A stretch of DNA of 64,000 nucleotides from Podarcis pityusensis (Eukaryota), in assembly GCA_964106645.2 (NCBI GenBank), contig OZ067048.1. One strand, written 5' to 3'. The notes below the pieces were generated by a model. That model was not told the DNA's origin and ran no database searches. It saw only the letters and a list, made by a program, of their open reading frames with translations. This document shows, piece by piece, positions 49,659 to 63,175 of the stretch. Numbering within the stretch: position 1 is the stretch's first letter; each line of letters starts with the position of its first letter. A program made the position numbers and the translations under genes.

Positions 49659-50856
49659 TGTATGAGGGCCAGAGTGTTCTGGTGGCTTCACCCAGCGGTA
49701 TACTGTGAGTGAAACCACCACTGCTCCTGAGTTCTTCCACCTCCAGCGCCCGGTGGCAGGAACAAGCAGCCTTGGCCAGGCTTGAAATGGGTGGATGAAG
49801 GAGCATGGAGAACTGGGCATGCAGTGAAAGAGGTTTGAAATCGGGGTGGGGGACACGCACCACAGCCCAGAGGAGAAATTGGCTCCTTGGGAAATCAGCT
49901 GCCCTGAGGGGAAGATACTGTGGTGCTGGGAAGGTGGCAAACGAACGATGCAAAGCAAGGAGACGGCGATTGTCCTTCCTCTCTCCTAGCTTGCTGGGTG
50001 GGTGTGTTGCATCCCCTCTGTTTAGCAACACAATGCATAGCCATATTGTGATGTTTGGCTGGTGATACACTGCAGTATTGAAAAGCTGACATCGCCCAGC
50101 TCTACCACATGGTGTATGTAAGAGAGACAGACAGACATGAAACAATGCAAATACCCTGCAGAAGTTTAGATTGCCCATCACAGTTTGTGAGACAGCAATA
50201 ATCCCATTTACTTGAAACTCCACCATGTCAAATATTTCAGTTGTGTTCGGAGAATGGTGTTAGAATTACTTAAATTATATTATTAATGGTCATTTAATGG
50301 ATGCACCATTATCATGTCCCATTATGACTTTGCTTCATATTTCTGGTCCCTTCTTACATAACCATCTTTGAAGAACTTGTGACAGTCTCTTTCCCCTTGG
50401 GCTAGAAATAGTTCATAAACGCTGCTGTTTTGCTGTGGTTATAAATGTTTCTGGGTAGTAACTTAAAGTGTATCCTTGTTGGTGCTGAATGCTTGCCTAC
50501 TGTTCTGATTTATAAGCCAAGCTCTTTGTGGTGTCATGATTTCAAAACACTTCACAGAATTTAATAGTCCCTTTGGACTAAAAGTTACAGACGACCATAA
50601 CACCCAGTTAAAGAGTGGAGAGGAAATGTTACAACCCCTTTCTTTAACCTTGAAGGGAAGATGCCATTGCTCATAGGTAGACAATCTGCATTTGCAAAGC
50701 ACTTAATATTCAAACCTGCATCTCTTTTTAAAGGATCTCTGAAAGCAGAACTGGTAAAAAAGACCACAAAGTGCTGCTGCCATTTAAAGACCGTTAATGG
50801 ACCATGTATATTGGTCCTTTGGTATAAGGCAGCTAAAGGCAACCTGATATAGGTAA

Positions 50857-51080
50857 GGCCAGTGTGGTTGTAGAGGTTAGAGTGTGGGACTAGGACTTTG
50901 GAGACCAGTGTTCAAATCCCAATATCAGTCTTGAAGCTCTTTGGGTGACCGTAGGCCGGTCATTCTCTCTCAGACTAACCTACCTCATAGGGTTGTTGTG
51001 CCAATAAAAGGGGAAAGAGAACTGTGTACACCACCCTAAGCTCTTTAGAGAAAAGGTGGGGTTTATATGAAATAAACAAA
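50857..51080 (+). mobile_element. Older tRNA-derived SINE (Squam3/CORE-like)
   Basis: A-box and B-box-like motifs (gtgttcaaatcc), core gggtgacc...ctaacctacctcatagggttgttgtg, and an L2-like tail ending aaataaacaaa. Related fragments lie at ~35335-35450, ~42255-42330 plus 42660-42780, and ~21030-21180 (-). Confidence 0.75.
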
Positions 51081-51107
51081 CAGGGAGTGTCTTGCAAAAG
51101 TACTGTA

Positions 51108-51446
51108 TAAAAGTAAAGGGACCCCTGACCATTAGGTCCAGTCGCGGATGACTCTGGGGTTGCGGCGCTCATCTTGCTTTACTGGCTGTAGGAGCCGGTG
51201 TACAGCTTCCGGGTCATGTGGCCAGCTTCTGGCAAACCAGAGCAGCGCATGGAAACACCGTTTACCTTCCTGCCTGAGTGGTACCTATTTATCTACTTGC
51301 ACTTTGACATGCTTTCGAACTGCTAGGTTGGCAGGAGCAGGGATCGAGCAACGGGAGCTCACCCTGTTGCGGTGATTCGAACCGCTGACCTTCTGATCGG
51401 CAAGTCCTAGGCTCTGTGGTTTAACCCACAGCGCTACCCGCGTCCC
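51108..51446 (-). mobile_element. Sauria SINE, full length
   Basis: 15-bp TSD TGCAAAAGTACTGTA at 51093-51107 and 51449-51463. Confidence 0.95.
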
Positions 51447-52946
51447 AATGCAAAAGTACTGTAGTTGTTACAAAATATGACATCCAACCTAGGGATCAGG
51501 TGGCAAAACCAATAGTTGCTTTTTTTCTCCAAATAATGGAAGCAAACCAAGTTTTCACTGAGGCATTCAGCAGAACCTCTGTGGCATCTATAATATACCT
51601 TTGTTTGAAAGCATTTTTACACCACTCTTTGCCAGAAAGGCTCCCAGGGTGACTTCCAGATGATCAGTCAAGACAGTTCTTTTTGCCCACAGGCTTGTAA
51701 TCAAAAGATAAAAGGAATGGGGAGGAAAGAGGAAAACAAGCACCCTCAGGCACCATTTTTTAAACTTGCGAAGTAGTTTTTATAATGACCAGCTGCTCCC
51801 AAAACAGCTGAGTGGCACTGCTTCCCATCTCAATTGCTGCTGCAGCCTGATGGGATGGATACTGCCAAGTAGCACTTGAGGAAGGAGCCTGATGGAGCTG
51901 CTGCTTCAGCAGAGCTACTGGAGCAACCCCAAAATTTGTTAACCAGAAATGCTAGACCAAATCCAGTGAAAAAGCTATTCTGATCTGGCAAATTTCCAGT
52001 TCGTAAAAGCATCTCTAACAGCTTTCGAAATTTGAGCCCGATATATATCTAAAATGTTCTTTTCTCCATTATGGACACAGTCAATATAATAAATGAAGTA
52101 TAAAAGTGTAACACAAAACATAAAAACAGATGGGTACTGTGTATGGGTAAGTAGGAAAACCTGATCTTTTCACTCTGTTCAACAGAACTTCTGTTCCTCT
52201 GCGTTCAGTTCCAAACGACGAGACTTCTTACAAAATAACACATATCCTGTGATTCTTCTTCGTTGCAGTCACTTTTAGGAACAGTTTTGCCATTATGCGA
52301 AGGATGAGGAAATTGTCCTTTTTCCCAGAAGCAAAGCAGCAAAAGACATATCAGACAATTAGTAATATCAGACTTCAAAACCCATCCCACCCCCTTTTGA
52401 ACATATCATTCATATGTTTGTCCCAGATTCTGCAACAAGATCCTAACTCCTTCTGTGAACAGAATATAGTCACAGAACGGGGTTTTCCACCCTTCCCCTT
52501 TTCACATCACTGTACCCTCCTAAAAATCTGTCCTGGGGTTTGGGGGATGCTTGGGAGAATGGTGTGTAGGATATGGAGCAGGGGGCTGTAGCAGGTGGGG
52601 GCAGAGGAAATGCCATTTCCAGCCTTTGATTTCTCTGTTTAGCAGACCTTCAGGCTTAGGTAAAAATAGGCATTTGAAAGCGTTGGTAGAGATAGCATGA
52701 TTGCACCTTGATAGCGAAACAGTATTTTGTTAAAAGAAGGGTCTCGCTTAGCGGCAGATTAAATGTTAAGTTGGCATTTGTGGTTTCACTGGAAGGCCCC
52801 TTAGGGAAGGGTGGTTAACTGGAGACCAGCTGCGCCAAATTTGGCCCAGGCATCGCCACTTGCTCACCCCCAGGCCAGACATATGTTTCCCCCTTACTTG
52901 GCAGAGTTCCTGTATTACCTCCAGACAAGTCCATTGATTACAGTAA

Positions 52947-53314
52947 AAAGGTAAAGGTAAAGGTACCCCTGCCCGTACGGGCCAGTCTTGACAGACTCTA
53001 GGGTTGTGCACTCATCTCACTCTAGAGGCCGGGAGCCAGCGCTGTCCGCAGACACTTCCAGGTCACGTGGCCAGCGTGACGACGCTGCTCCGGCGAACCA
53101 GCACCAGAGCAGCACACGGAAATGCCGTTTACCTTCCCGCTATAAGCGGTACCTATTTATCTACTTGCACTTAAGGGTGCTTTCGAACTGCTAGGTGGGC
53201 AGGAGCTGGGACCGAACGATGGGAGCTCACCCCGCTGCTTGGATTCGAACCGCCGACCATGCGATTGGCAAGTCCTAGGCGCTGAGGTTTTACCCACAGC
53301 GCCACCCGCGTCCC
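52947..53314 (-). mobile_element. Sauria SINE, distinct subfamily
   Basis: Diagnostic tail-proximal sequence ggtacccctgcccgtacgggccagtc. 15-bp TSD CATTGATTACAGTAA at 52932-52946 and 53316-53330. Confidence 0.95.
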
Positions 53315-54594
53315 ACATTGATTACAGTAATATATGGCAAAACATAAACTTATTTACTATTTAAAAAATCATTTTGTATGTAAGTTATTGTAAGCGATTG
53401 TATGCTTGTATGAGGGCTAGTTGAGTTTGAGTTCAGACTGTTGCAACAAAAGTTATGCGATGCTTTTTTTAAAAAAGTTGCTATTCCAGGTTATTAATTC
53501 TTGCTCTTTTCATCTACTATATTTTATAAACCTTTCAGCAGAAACCGCAATATCAAAGCAGTAGGTAATTATTGTTTGGCTGGTCTGAGATCTATTCAGG
53601 AGTTCACGCAGCTTTAAATTGTAGTCGTATGTTCATAATTATGAAGTCCTGTGTGGAAAATAAAATAATCTACTGCAGGGGTCCTTCCTGCGAGTTATTA
53701 GTGAAGGCATGCACTCACTGTGAAACTGAATTTCTAGTTATAGATCTTTTTGTCATGAACTTTTGTATCCAAACTGAATAATTAGTTAGTTCATCTTCTC
53801 ATATACATTCATTTCCTTTTGTTTGGGGTCATGAATGGAATGTTCTTAGAGTGCTATTAAAACCTGGCTTTCTACAATTTTGGTCTTGTTTCCTGTTTGT
53901 ACCGGAATTTTTATTTTGTTTTTAATGTCATTGACATATATGTACCAATGTATGTTCAGGGCACAGAGTGCAACCAAAGGACGTTTAGTTGGTTAGACTA
54001 TTTTTAGCATGTCCTGAACTGCATGCTGCTCATTTCTGCTGATATGTTAAAATATAATGTGCATTTGGCCACTTCTCTCCATGTGGTTGTCGGGATATGA
54101 TCCCATGCAAATGGCTTCACCACAGGTAATCTACTTAAAAGCACTCTCACTTACGTTATGGCATTTTCCTCCAACACTCCCGGCCCACAGCTAGCCATTA
54201 CCAGATGGTTTCAAAACCTGTTCGGTTCTCTCTAAAAATCTCAAACTAATGCACTTGGTGTCATGAAAATTCTACTCATTATTGATCCAGAGTGGATTCC
54301 AATGTATCGTTAGCAGAGTAGCAACTTAAACACATTGCAGGATTCCCCCCCAAATAGACCAGAGGCCATTGTATTTCATCCAGCAGAGCTTTACTGCTAC
54401 TGAAGGCAAATGAGCATAAAGGTCACAAATCCAATACATTCAGGATTGGCCCTGACCATAAGATATCCAGTTGCAGCAGACATAACCTTACAATAACTTA
54501 TAATAAGTTCAGACACTAAGCATACTATGTACAGAACACCACAAAAAGAGATAGAAAGAGAATGGCTCCTTCTGGCCTTATTATTATAGTCAGC

Positions 54595-54638
54595 TGTATG
54601 GGCCTACGGCCGTGATAAATTATTATTATTATTATTAT
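54595..54638 (+). mobile_element. Extremely 5'-truncated non-LTR insertion (25-nt terminus plus (TTA)n tail)
   Basis: TGTATGGGCCTACGGCCGTGATAAA(TTA)n lies between direct repeats TAGTCAGC at 54587-54594 and 54639-54646. Confidence 0.6.
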
Positions 54639-56607
54639 TAGTCAGCATGACCTTGACTGAACAAGATAACCGTACCAGTTCAAACCAGCTGTACTCAGCT
54701 TATCTGAAGGAATAACCCAAACATCATGGACCTTCTGCTTGTTTCTTTCACACAGATAAGCTTCCAGAACCCTCTTGAACTAAGTAGAATAGGAAAGATC
54801 TCTGCACATCAGATCAATACGTTCTGTACTAAGAAATGCAAACTGACCTTGGACTATTTTAATGACACAGAGTACTTTTTGGTGACATGAAAGTCTCGGG
54901 AGTTCTGACAGTATCCCTCAACACTATACAATGCTTGCAGGATTCAGTGGTTACAACCCTGGAACCTGCAATGGAGTACAGATCGGAGATGATGTATCAT
55001 TTGGCAAAATGAGTGACCAAATTAAAGTTAGGGGATTTTTTTTTTGTCATTCCAGAAGGGAAAATGTGAAATGTTGTTTCTCTTTCCGCTGTACTTCCTT
55101 GCTTAGACTTGGTCTACACATCTACCAGAGTGAGGTGTATCAGTACTTTGAACGGTCTGTAAATGATTCCATACTGGAAAAAGTCTGTAGTGTTGTCTGG
55201 ATGTTTTAAGAGCATGGAATTAGCAGTAAATTAGTCTCCTACGAATTTCATGGATTTGATTTTTTGTTGTTTCTGTTTTGCATAAATACTTTAGCTTAAT
55301 ATTTTTTTTTAAAAAAAACCACAAATTTATATTCAGTAGCTTGAGTGTTTATTTTCACCTTTTTTTTTCTCAGTGCCAGGAATATGTTTTCATCCATATT
55401 TGAAGTGTTATGGTCATATGTTGAAATTATATCAATTTGTTTGATTGTGACATGTAAGTAAAGGTATAATCATAGTTAATTTAAAATGATCTTGGGTTGT
55501 GCAAAGTGGTTAGCGTTAGAAGGCGATTCAGGCTGGCATGTAAAGGAGATTCAGACTGGCAGCCAACTTGCTTTTCCGGTGTACGACCTCTTCTTATTAA
55601 GAGCAGCAATAAAGGGCCCATACTAATAGCCTGATTATTATTAATATATGCTGTCTGCTACTGACCCACTTTGTTTAGAATGTGCATTGGATATGAAGCG
55701 CCAAACACTGAAGAGTTGTAGATTTAAAAAATTCAGTTTGAAAGATGCCCTACCATTGTACATTTTAATAAGAGTTAACAGAAAAAGGTCTCTGCATGTT
55801 GCCAGGAGCAATATAGTAAAAGTCCTAAGTGCTAGGCCTCTTATTGTTATGTAGAGGAATTGTTAATCTGGTCACTGAAAATTAATTTTCCTAGGATGGA
55901 CAGGAAAGCAGATGGGCTTGTTTAAAGCCTGCATACTGATTGAGTCAATTTTTGGAAGGGAGAAAAATGTAAATGATACTGTAGGACTTTTAAAAAAGGA
56001 TTTTTGAATTTGTTTTCTGATGTGAGATACTATGCAACAGCATAGGGTTAGCAGTATGTGTGTCACTCCCCCTGCCCCTTTACAACTATATTGTTTTACT
56101 GATGTGGTGACATGGCTGGAGTACAGTCAGGATTTCTTGTGTTTATGCACATTTCTTTTTAAATGTAGCCTGTGGCTGTTGTTCAGTACTCTTAAAACAG
56201 AAAGTTGAGCTAGTTGATTCTTCTCTGAAATGCAACCACTCCTTTAATTATGAAACGCCATGTCTTCGGTAACATTTCTCCTTCAGCTTTTTCAGCAGCA
56301 AAAACTGCTGATCCTTTGCTTTTAGTTTTATAGCCAAGAGAGAAACTGCAACAACACACAACCCAAACTGTCCTATGCTCTGCCCAGCAACAGTTGCTAT
56401 TAATACACTCCATAGCATTAAACTGTTATTTACAGATGCTGTTAAAAATGAACCCAGCCATATAGTTAACAACATTCCCTTGCTTACCTTCTCTTTTTTA
56501 CGGATTTCCCCCCAGGGTCTTATTATGAGCCTTTTAAGAAAGATAAAAGCAACTCCGGGCTAAATACTGGCACGAGGAGCTTGTATTAAATGTTTCTATG
56601 AAATGGT

Positions 56608-56653
56608 AACAAACAAACAAACAAACAAACAAACAAACAAACAAACAAACAAC
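56608..56653. repeat. (AAAC)n microsatellite
   Basis: About 11 tetramer units. Other simple repeats: (GT)n ~13820, ~32765, ~41231; (CA)n ~60170; (AAAAC)n ~48326; (TTTA)n ~28037. Confidence 0.95.
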
Positions 56654-56697
56654 ATATCTCAACCATTTCAAGGTAGGGACAAAATTAATGGGAAGGT

Positions 56698-57172
56698 ATC
56701 TTAAAAAGCAGAGACATCACCTTGCCAACAAAGGTCCGTATAGTAAAAGCTATGGTTTTCCCAGTAGTGATGTATGGAAGTGAGAGCTCGACCATAAAGA
56801 AGGCTGATCGCCAAAGAATTGATGCTTTTGAATTATGGTGCTGGAGGAGACTCTTGAGAGTCCCATGGACTGCAAGAAGATCAAACCTCTCCATTCTGAA
56901 GGAAATCAGCCCTGAGTGCTCACTGGAAGGACAGATCGTGAAGCTGAAGCTCCAATACTTTGGCCACCTCATGAGAAGAGAAGACACCCTGGAAAACACC
57001 CTGATGTTGGGAAAGATGGAGGGCACAAGGAGAAGGGGATGACAGGACGAGATGGTTGGACTACCAGCATGAGTTTGACCAAACTGCGGGAGGCAGTGGA
57101 AGACAGGAGTGCCTGGCGTGCTCTGGTCCATGGGGTCACGAAGAGTCGGACACGACTAAACAACAACCACCA
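56698..57172 (+). mobile_element. BovB (RTE) LINE 3' end
   Basis: ILKSRDITLPTKVRIVKAMVFPVVMYGSES...RIDAFELWCWRRLLRVPWTARRSN, with a premature TGA at 57040-57042. 3' end gagtcggacacgactaaacaacaac. Confidence 0.95.
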
Positions 57173-58152
57173 ATCTTGAAAGTGTTCACTATATGCCTTT
57201 AAAATGCTTTCTCCTTCTCTCTCTCTTTGTAAGAACAGTTAAAACATCGGAGGACCTGGCTTGGCAAGCCTGGCTATATCACACTCAGGGTCTGTCTGAA
57301 GATGTCACGGCACGGCATGGCTGTTTCCAAGTCAGACAATTTCTCGTTTCCCTTCATTTTTATACCCCTTTGACCTTTATGAAAGAATTTTGTTGCATCT
57401 CATAGCTATGTCTGTGTTTATAGACTGTGATCTTTGGGCTGTACTGACTTAAATGGTACTTCCCAAATATGCTGTATAGACAACTGTCTTTTTAGCTTGC
57501 TATCCTTCAGTGTTTTTACTCTACAGAACAAACATTAGAACAAAGGGTACCATTCTACTCATAGTTCTTCTGATTCTATCCGGGAGCATACCCTTAGCAA
57601 AGTCATTCTATTTTGCTGTCATGGCAAGCATTTGGTACAGGACTATTAATATTTAAGCATCAACAATCAATCATAAATGAGAAATAGTCACCATCTGATG
57701 GACACCAGGCTTTCCATAGTGTCAGTTTCAGAGACTGTATTTAGGTAATCAATATATCCTGAAAAGTATAAAGGAGGCTCGGATTAAAATCCTTAAAAAT
57801 CCTTGAAAGCGAGGCCATTGCAAAACACACAAAAATGACTGGAATGTTAAATGGCCAATGTGTTAACTGGTTAACGTGTTTGTTGTAGAGAAGATGTACC
57901 ACAGAGCAAGACCACAAATTAAATATTTTTTTTTTTAAAATCATAATTGTAAGATGAAAAATTGAACCCTGAATTGAGCTAGTCTGCTCCACAGGCCATA
58001 ATGGGAAAAAACCTTATTTGTTCTGAAGTAGAATCCCATTGCTTGTTGGGGAGCAATGCTTTGTGGTAGCCCAGTCAACATTTTGTTGACCACTGTGAGA
58101 AGAATGTTAGACTTGAGTTAGATGCTGTAGCAATTGTCTTATAATGTGTCTA

Positions 58153-58394
58153 CAGTGGTACCTTGGGTTACATACGCTTCAGGTTACATAAGCTTCAGGT
58201 TACAGACTCTGCTAACCGAGAAATAGTACCTCGGGTTAAGAACTTTGCTTCAGGATGAGAACAGAAATTGTACTCCTGCGGCGCGGCGGCAGCGGGAGGC
58301 CCCATTAGCTAAAGTGGTGCTTCAGGTTAAGAACAGTTTCAGGTTAAGAATGGACCTCCGGAACGAATTAAGTACTTAACCCGAGGTACCACTG
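58153..58394. mobile_element. Tc1/mariner-superfamily MITE
   Basis: TA|CAGTGGTACCTTGGGTTA ... TAACCCGAGGTACCACTG|TA. CpGs largely intact. Confidence 0.92.
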
Positions 58395-61300
58395 TATTGA
58401 TTACAGTGGAGCCTATTTTAAGAAAAATATACTTAAAACATTGGTGTGCATTAATGATTTAGCATCACATCACTAGTTATGGCAGGTTCTTCATCATGGC
58501 TCAGTCTTCCATTGTCTTAAAATTTGAAATGTAACATTTCCCAGTAGACCTTAGGCCTTCCGGGATAATCATGTCCCTGCTTTTGTATTTTCATATGGCT
58601 ATCATATCACTACTGTCATTATGAATTAGGGCTCATATCCCCTGATAAACAAACCGTAGTTCTGAAATGCACACAAAAATGGCTCAAAGTTCTGTAAATA
58701 AGATGGGAAGATGCCTGTCTTTAAAGTATATAGTCTTCAGCCTCTGTTCATAAGGTTGTTCCAGGAACATCAACATTGTTTATAGTAATGTTACTGCTTA
58801 TAGTAATAAATGTGTTCACAGGACCAGTATTTTAAATGAAAATACAAGCTTTGGGACACTGATACACAAAATATAGGAAGACTTGGATTATATTCCAAAC
58901 AAAAAGTGGTAGAGTTCAACCTCATTGATATGAATGACCCAGGGGTGTTCATAATATTGACAACAGATGTTTAAACAAAGATGAGAGCTGTTGAGATAGA
59001 TGTACTTTCTTATGGAACTGAATGGTTAGACATGTTGGAGGGCATATCATGGATTAGATTAAATGGGAGATTGGAGTTAACACGTTTCTTACAGAATTGC
59101 TGCTGATTGTTCTTTATACAGCCTTGCAGAAGAAAACATGATGAGTCCAAATGTCCAGTAAGGTATCAATGAGAATCCAAATCAAAGCAACCTTAGCTGC
59201 TTGGTGTTGAGTCTTGGGATTAACACTGATTGGTTCAAAAGTTTTTGCTCACCTGGTAGACCTACACCTGATAAAGGTCATTGTTCAAGGGCGGTCCTAA
59301 TATATTATGATGTACATCACTTCATCCTTTTTTAACCGCTCTTGTAGCAGCACTGAGAAGGTAGAGACTGGCTGTAGGATCTGCAGCCTCTTCTTGCATA
59401 GGTTGGAAGGAGGGGAATGTGGATTGCCAAAGCCAAATGGCGTTACTGGATCTGACCTTCAGAACCCGAGTGTTATGACGAAGGGCCCAGAGTCAGATTG
59501 GGGTGTGTCCTGATGGGAGACGCTGGATCCCTTGCTATTGCCGCATCATTTGGCAGTGAATCATCTCCACTTTCTCTGTAATTTTATACCCTTCTGTCAT
59601 GTTGCCTCTTCCTTGCCTTTCCTCTAAACTAAAACAGCTATGTTGTTGAGAAATATTAACTTGCTTTTCTCATTGCCTTTCCCTCTTGTGCTGTAACTGA
59701 CTTCATTACTCCGGAGTTTAGGCAGTAATGTAATTTAAAAGATGAAGTGGTATGTTGATTCATTTCTGTGATTAAAATATTACTGTACCAAACAAAATGG
59801 ATTTTGACTGAGGAAGGCAGAGCTTTGCCTTTTAGCCTTTCTCTCTCAAATCTCTAGCTAATACAGTGTGATTAAGGTGTGTGTTATTGCATTTGATACA
59901 GTGTGCTTGGGTAGGAAAAGAAAAGTTCATTTTTAATACGTGGGATAAGATAACACTTAAGGAAAGAGTTGTTGCAATAGAACCTCTTTCTTAATTTAAT
60001 CAGTGATTTTCAGTTAATAGTAAGAAGTCCGATTACAGAGCAATGCTAAGCCTTAATGATTTTCGAAAAGCAACTCTTAACATATATATTGCATTTATGT
60101 TTGTGGCTAAGCTTTTTCCTCGTGAGCTTTTAAATCATAGTGGCATATCTGCACACACAGACACTTTTATACACACACACACACACACACACACAGAGCA
60201 GTAAATGAATTCTCTATTCTGATTGGCATGTCGTTGGTAACCTAATTCGTTCAATGTGTTGTTTGAGAATGTAAGAAAGCAGAAATACTGTGCCTGATAA
60301 GAGATCAGTACAGAAGGAAAGTAACTCTTGAATGATCACAGTTTGCTCTTGGCAAAATTTCTTCAGCAGGTAAAAAGGTCAAGGAAGTCCACAAAATGTT
60401 CGCATTTCTATCCATGCTAATGCAAGTAAGTATCAACTTGTACTGTAATGTAGTGGATTTGGAAAAATAAAATAAAGCTGCAGTATAAAAACCAAAACTA
60501 TCAAAGTTGTTTAATTATGCCCAGACTAAATCTTAATATAGAGTTCCATAACAGATAAAGACAGCTTCTATTTTTTTGTCCTATTAATTGGATGAAATTG
60601 CAATGGACTCTGTTCCCATTGAAATAAATGGGGCAAATCCCATTTAATTTCAGTAGTAACTAAGTGCAGCTAAGTAGTGTGATCAAGGAACAGATCCTGG
60701 CCTATGAAATATTTATTATTATTATTATTATCATTATTATTAGGGTTCCCTGAGCACCATCGAGGGAGGGAGAGGATTTCCATCCTCTCATCCATGTGGA
60801 AAACACTATGCTATTAAGGTTTTCTCTAACCTTCCCACTCCTTGCACCTGAAAACAGGTCAGTTAGGCAGCCAGCTGCTTCACGCCATACCTCCACTTGT
60901 TCCTCAAAGTGCTGACAGTGATGATACTTCAAGCCATCTAGTCAGATTTGTGATTTCGTGGACAGGGCTAGAAGTGCAGTCAGGTATCTTGATATAAGGT
61001 ACTGCATAATCTCTGCAATCTAAAAGAAAGCTTTACAAGCTGTATTTTAGCTGAACTCACGTTTATTTTCATGGGATTAAATAGTATATTGGGCAGGTAA
61101 CACTGTGAAATCCCAATATTATTAAATAATAAATTTTGTTTTTACTCTATATAGTATTAGACTCTTAAAAAGTAAAGGGTATATACTAGGCTTCCATTAG
61201 TTTCTACCAACAAACTATTGAAAATTCTGACTGCTTCTTTTGCAGCAAGAACTATTTTGCAGCTCATTCACAAGCCAACCTGTCTCTCCATCTGCCTTCT

Positions 61301-61649
61301 TTAGATGTGCTTGACATTAATTTGCCATGTTAGTGCCTTTTTTTTTTAAGGTAGCTTTTAGTTTTAAAACTTGACATCTGTCAGTATTATGCCAGTTTTA
61401 CTTAGAACTGAGATGACTTTTTCATGTCAGAATCTGCATGTTTGATGAGGGGTACTCGTCTGACAAACAGCTAAAATATTTCCCAAGAAAAGAAAAGGAA
61501 AAAAAAGTTTCCTTCAGTTTTTATCCAGATCCTGAACACAGCTCAGATGAAGCTGTGCAAAAGGCCCTAAAGGCTGGTTTATTTTTGAAAGACTTCAGGG
61601 AGCCCTGCAAGCTTGGAGATGCTCATTCCTTCCTCAGTCCTGCTGCTGC

Positions 61650-62376
61650 TTGTTGTTGTTGTTTAGTCGTTTAGTCATGTCCGACTCTTCGTGACCCCAT
61701 GAACCAGAGCACGCCAGGCACTCCTGTCTTCCACTGCCTCCTGCAGTTTGGTCAAACTCATGCTGGTAGCTTTGAGAACACTATCCAACCATCTCATCCT
61801 CTGTCGTCCCCTTCTCCTTGTGCCCTCCATCTTTCCCAACATCAGGGACTTTTCCAAGGAGTCTTCTCTTCTCATGAGGTGGCCAAAATATTGGAGTCTC
61901 AGCTTCATGATCTGTCCTTCCAGTGAGCACTCAGGGCTGATTTCCTTAAGAATGGATAGGTTTGATCTTCTTGCAGTCCATGGGACTCTCAGGAGTCTCT
62001 TCCAGCACCATAATTCAAAAGCATCAATTCTTCGGCGATCAGCCTTCTTTATGGCCGAGCTCTCACTTCCATACATCACTACTGGGAAAACCATAGCTTT
62101 TACTATACGGGCCTTTGTTGGCAAGGTGATGTCTCTGCTTTTTAAGATGCTGTCTAGGTTTGTCATTGCTTTTCTCCCAAGAAGCAGGCGTCTTTTAATT
62201 TCGTGGCTGCTGTCACCATCTGCAGTGATCATGGAGCCCAAGAAAGTAAAATCTCTCACTGCCTCCATTTCTTCCCCTTCTATTTGCCAGGAGGTGATGG
62301 GACCAGTGGCCATGATCTTTGGTTTTTTTGATGTTGAGCTTCAGACCATATTTTGCACTCTCCTCTTTCACCCTCA
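61650..62376 (-). mobile_element. BovB (RTE) LINE 3' end
   Basis: 212-aa ORF MATGPITSWQIEGEEMEAVRDFTFLGSMITADGDSSHEIKRRLLLGRKAM...AWRALVHGVTKSRT, followed by a (CAA)n tail. Confidence 0.96.
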
Positions 62377-63175
62377 AAACAAACCACGAACCACAGTTTG
62401 GGCATAACGCTAAGCCAAACTGTGGTTTGATTCAGCAGGACCTGTGAAGAGTAAAGCAGATGCGATTTTTACACACTTGCTTATCCATGGTTTGTCTTAT
62501 TGTTACGTGCAAACTGGACCATTGTTTTATGCCATGTTTTATTTTGTAAGCTGAAATGCTAATTTATTGTATTTTCATCTGCTAGAAAGGATATATATTT
62601 TAATGCTGCATTTTAGTGGGGTTTTTCAACGTGGTTTTTAAATTATTACCTTGCTTTTTAATACTACTTGTTTCGTAAGCCACCCAGGGAATGTGTGTTG
62701 ATGGACAACATATAAACCTTGTAGTAATACATAAATAAAAGTAAACACAGCACAGCCAACATTACAAGTCAAGGTAGGAGTCCAGCCTTAAATATATATT
62801 TTTAGTGTTCACCATGAGTCTCATCATTCATTTATTTATTACATCTTAACAGTATTTATATGCTACCCAATAACCAAGTTCTCTGAGTAGCTTACAACAG
62901 TAATAACATTAGTTAAAAAGTAAATGAAATATGCAGCATGCTGTCAATTCCAGGTTGCCAGTCACTAGTACAATTGCACAAAATGTGGCAATATTTTAAA
63001 TACATAATTCTGTTTTCATATGTGTTCCCTAGAAAGGCAGGGGGAAAAATAGAACCAAATACATACTGCTTTGTGTCAAAATGCAGACTGGAAGTTAAGA
63101 ACGAATGAAATATGCAACATGATATACTAGGCTGAGTTGAAGTGTTTGATGCTAAAGTGCTGAAATCTCTCAAGT

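Noticed and set aside
49051-50226. Dense overlapping ORFs in several frames
   Set aside because: Explained by high GC content (few stop codons) in and beside the hAT element; no recognisable protein or splice structure.
61748-62407. 219-aa + strand ORF, and similar antisense ORFs at 56685-57131
   Set aside because: Antisense shadow frames of BovB.
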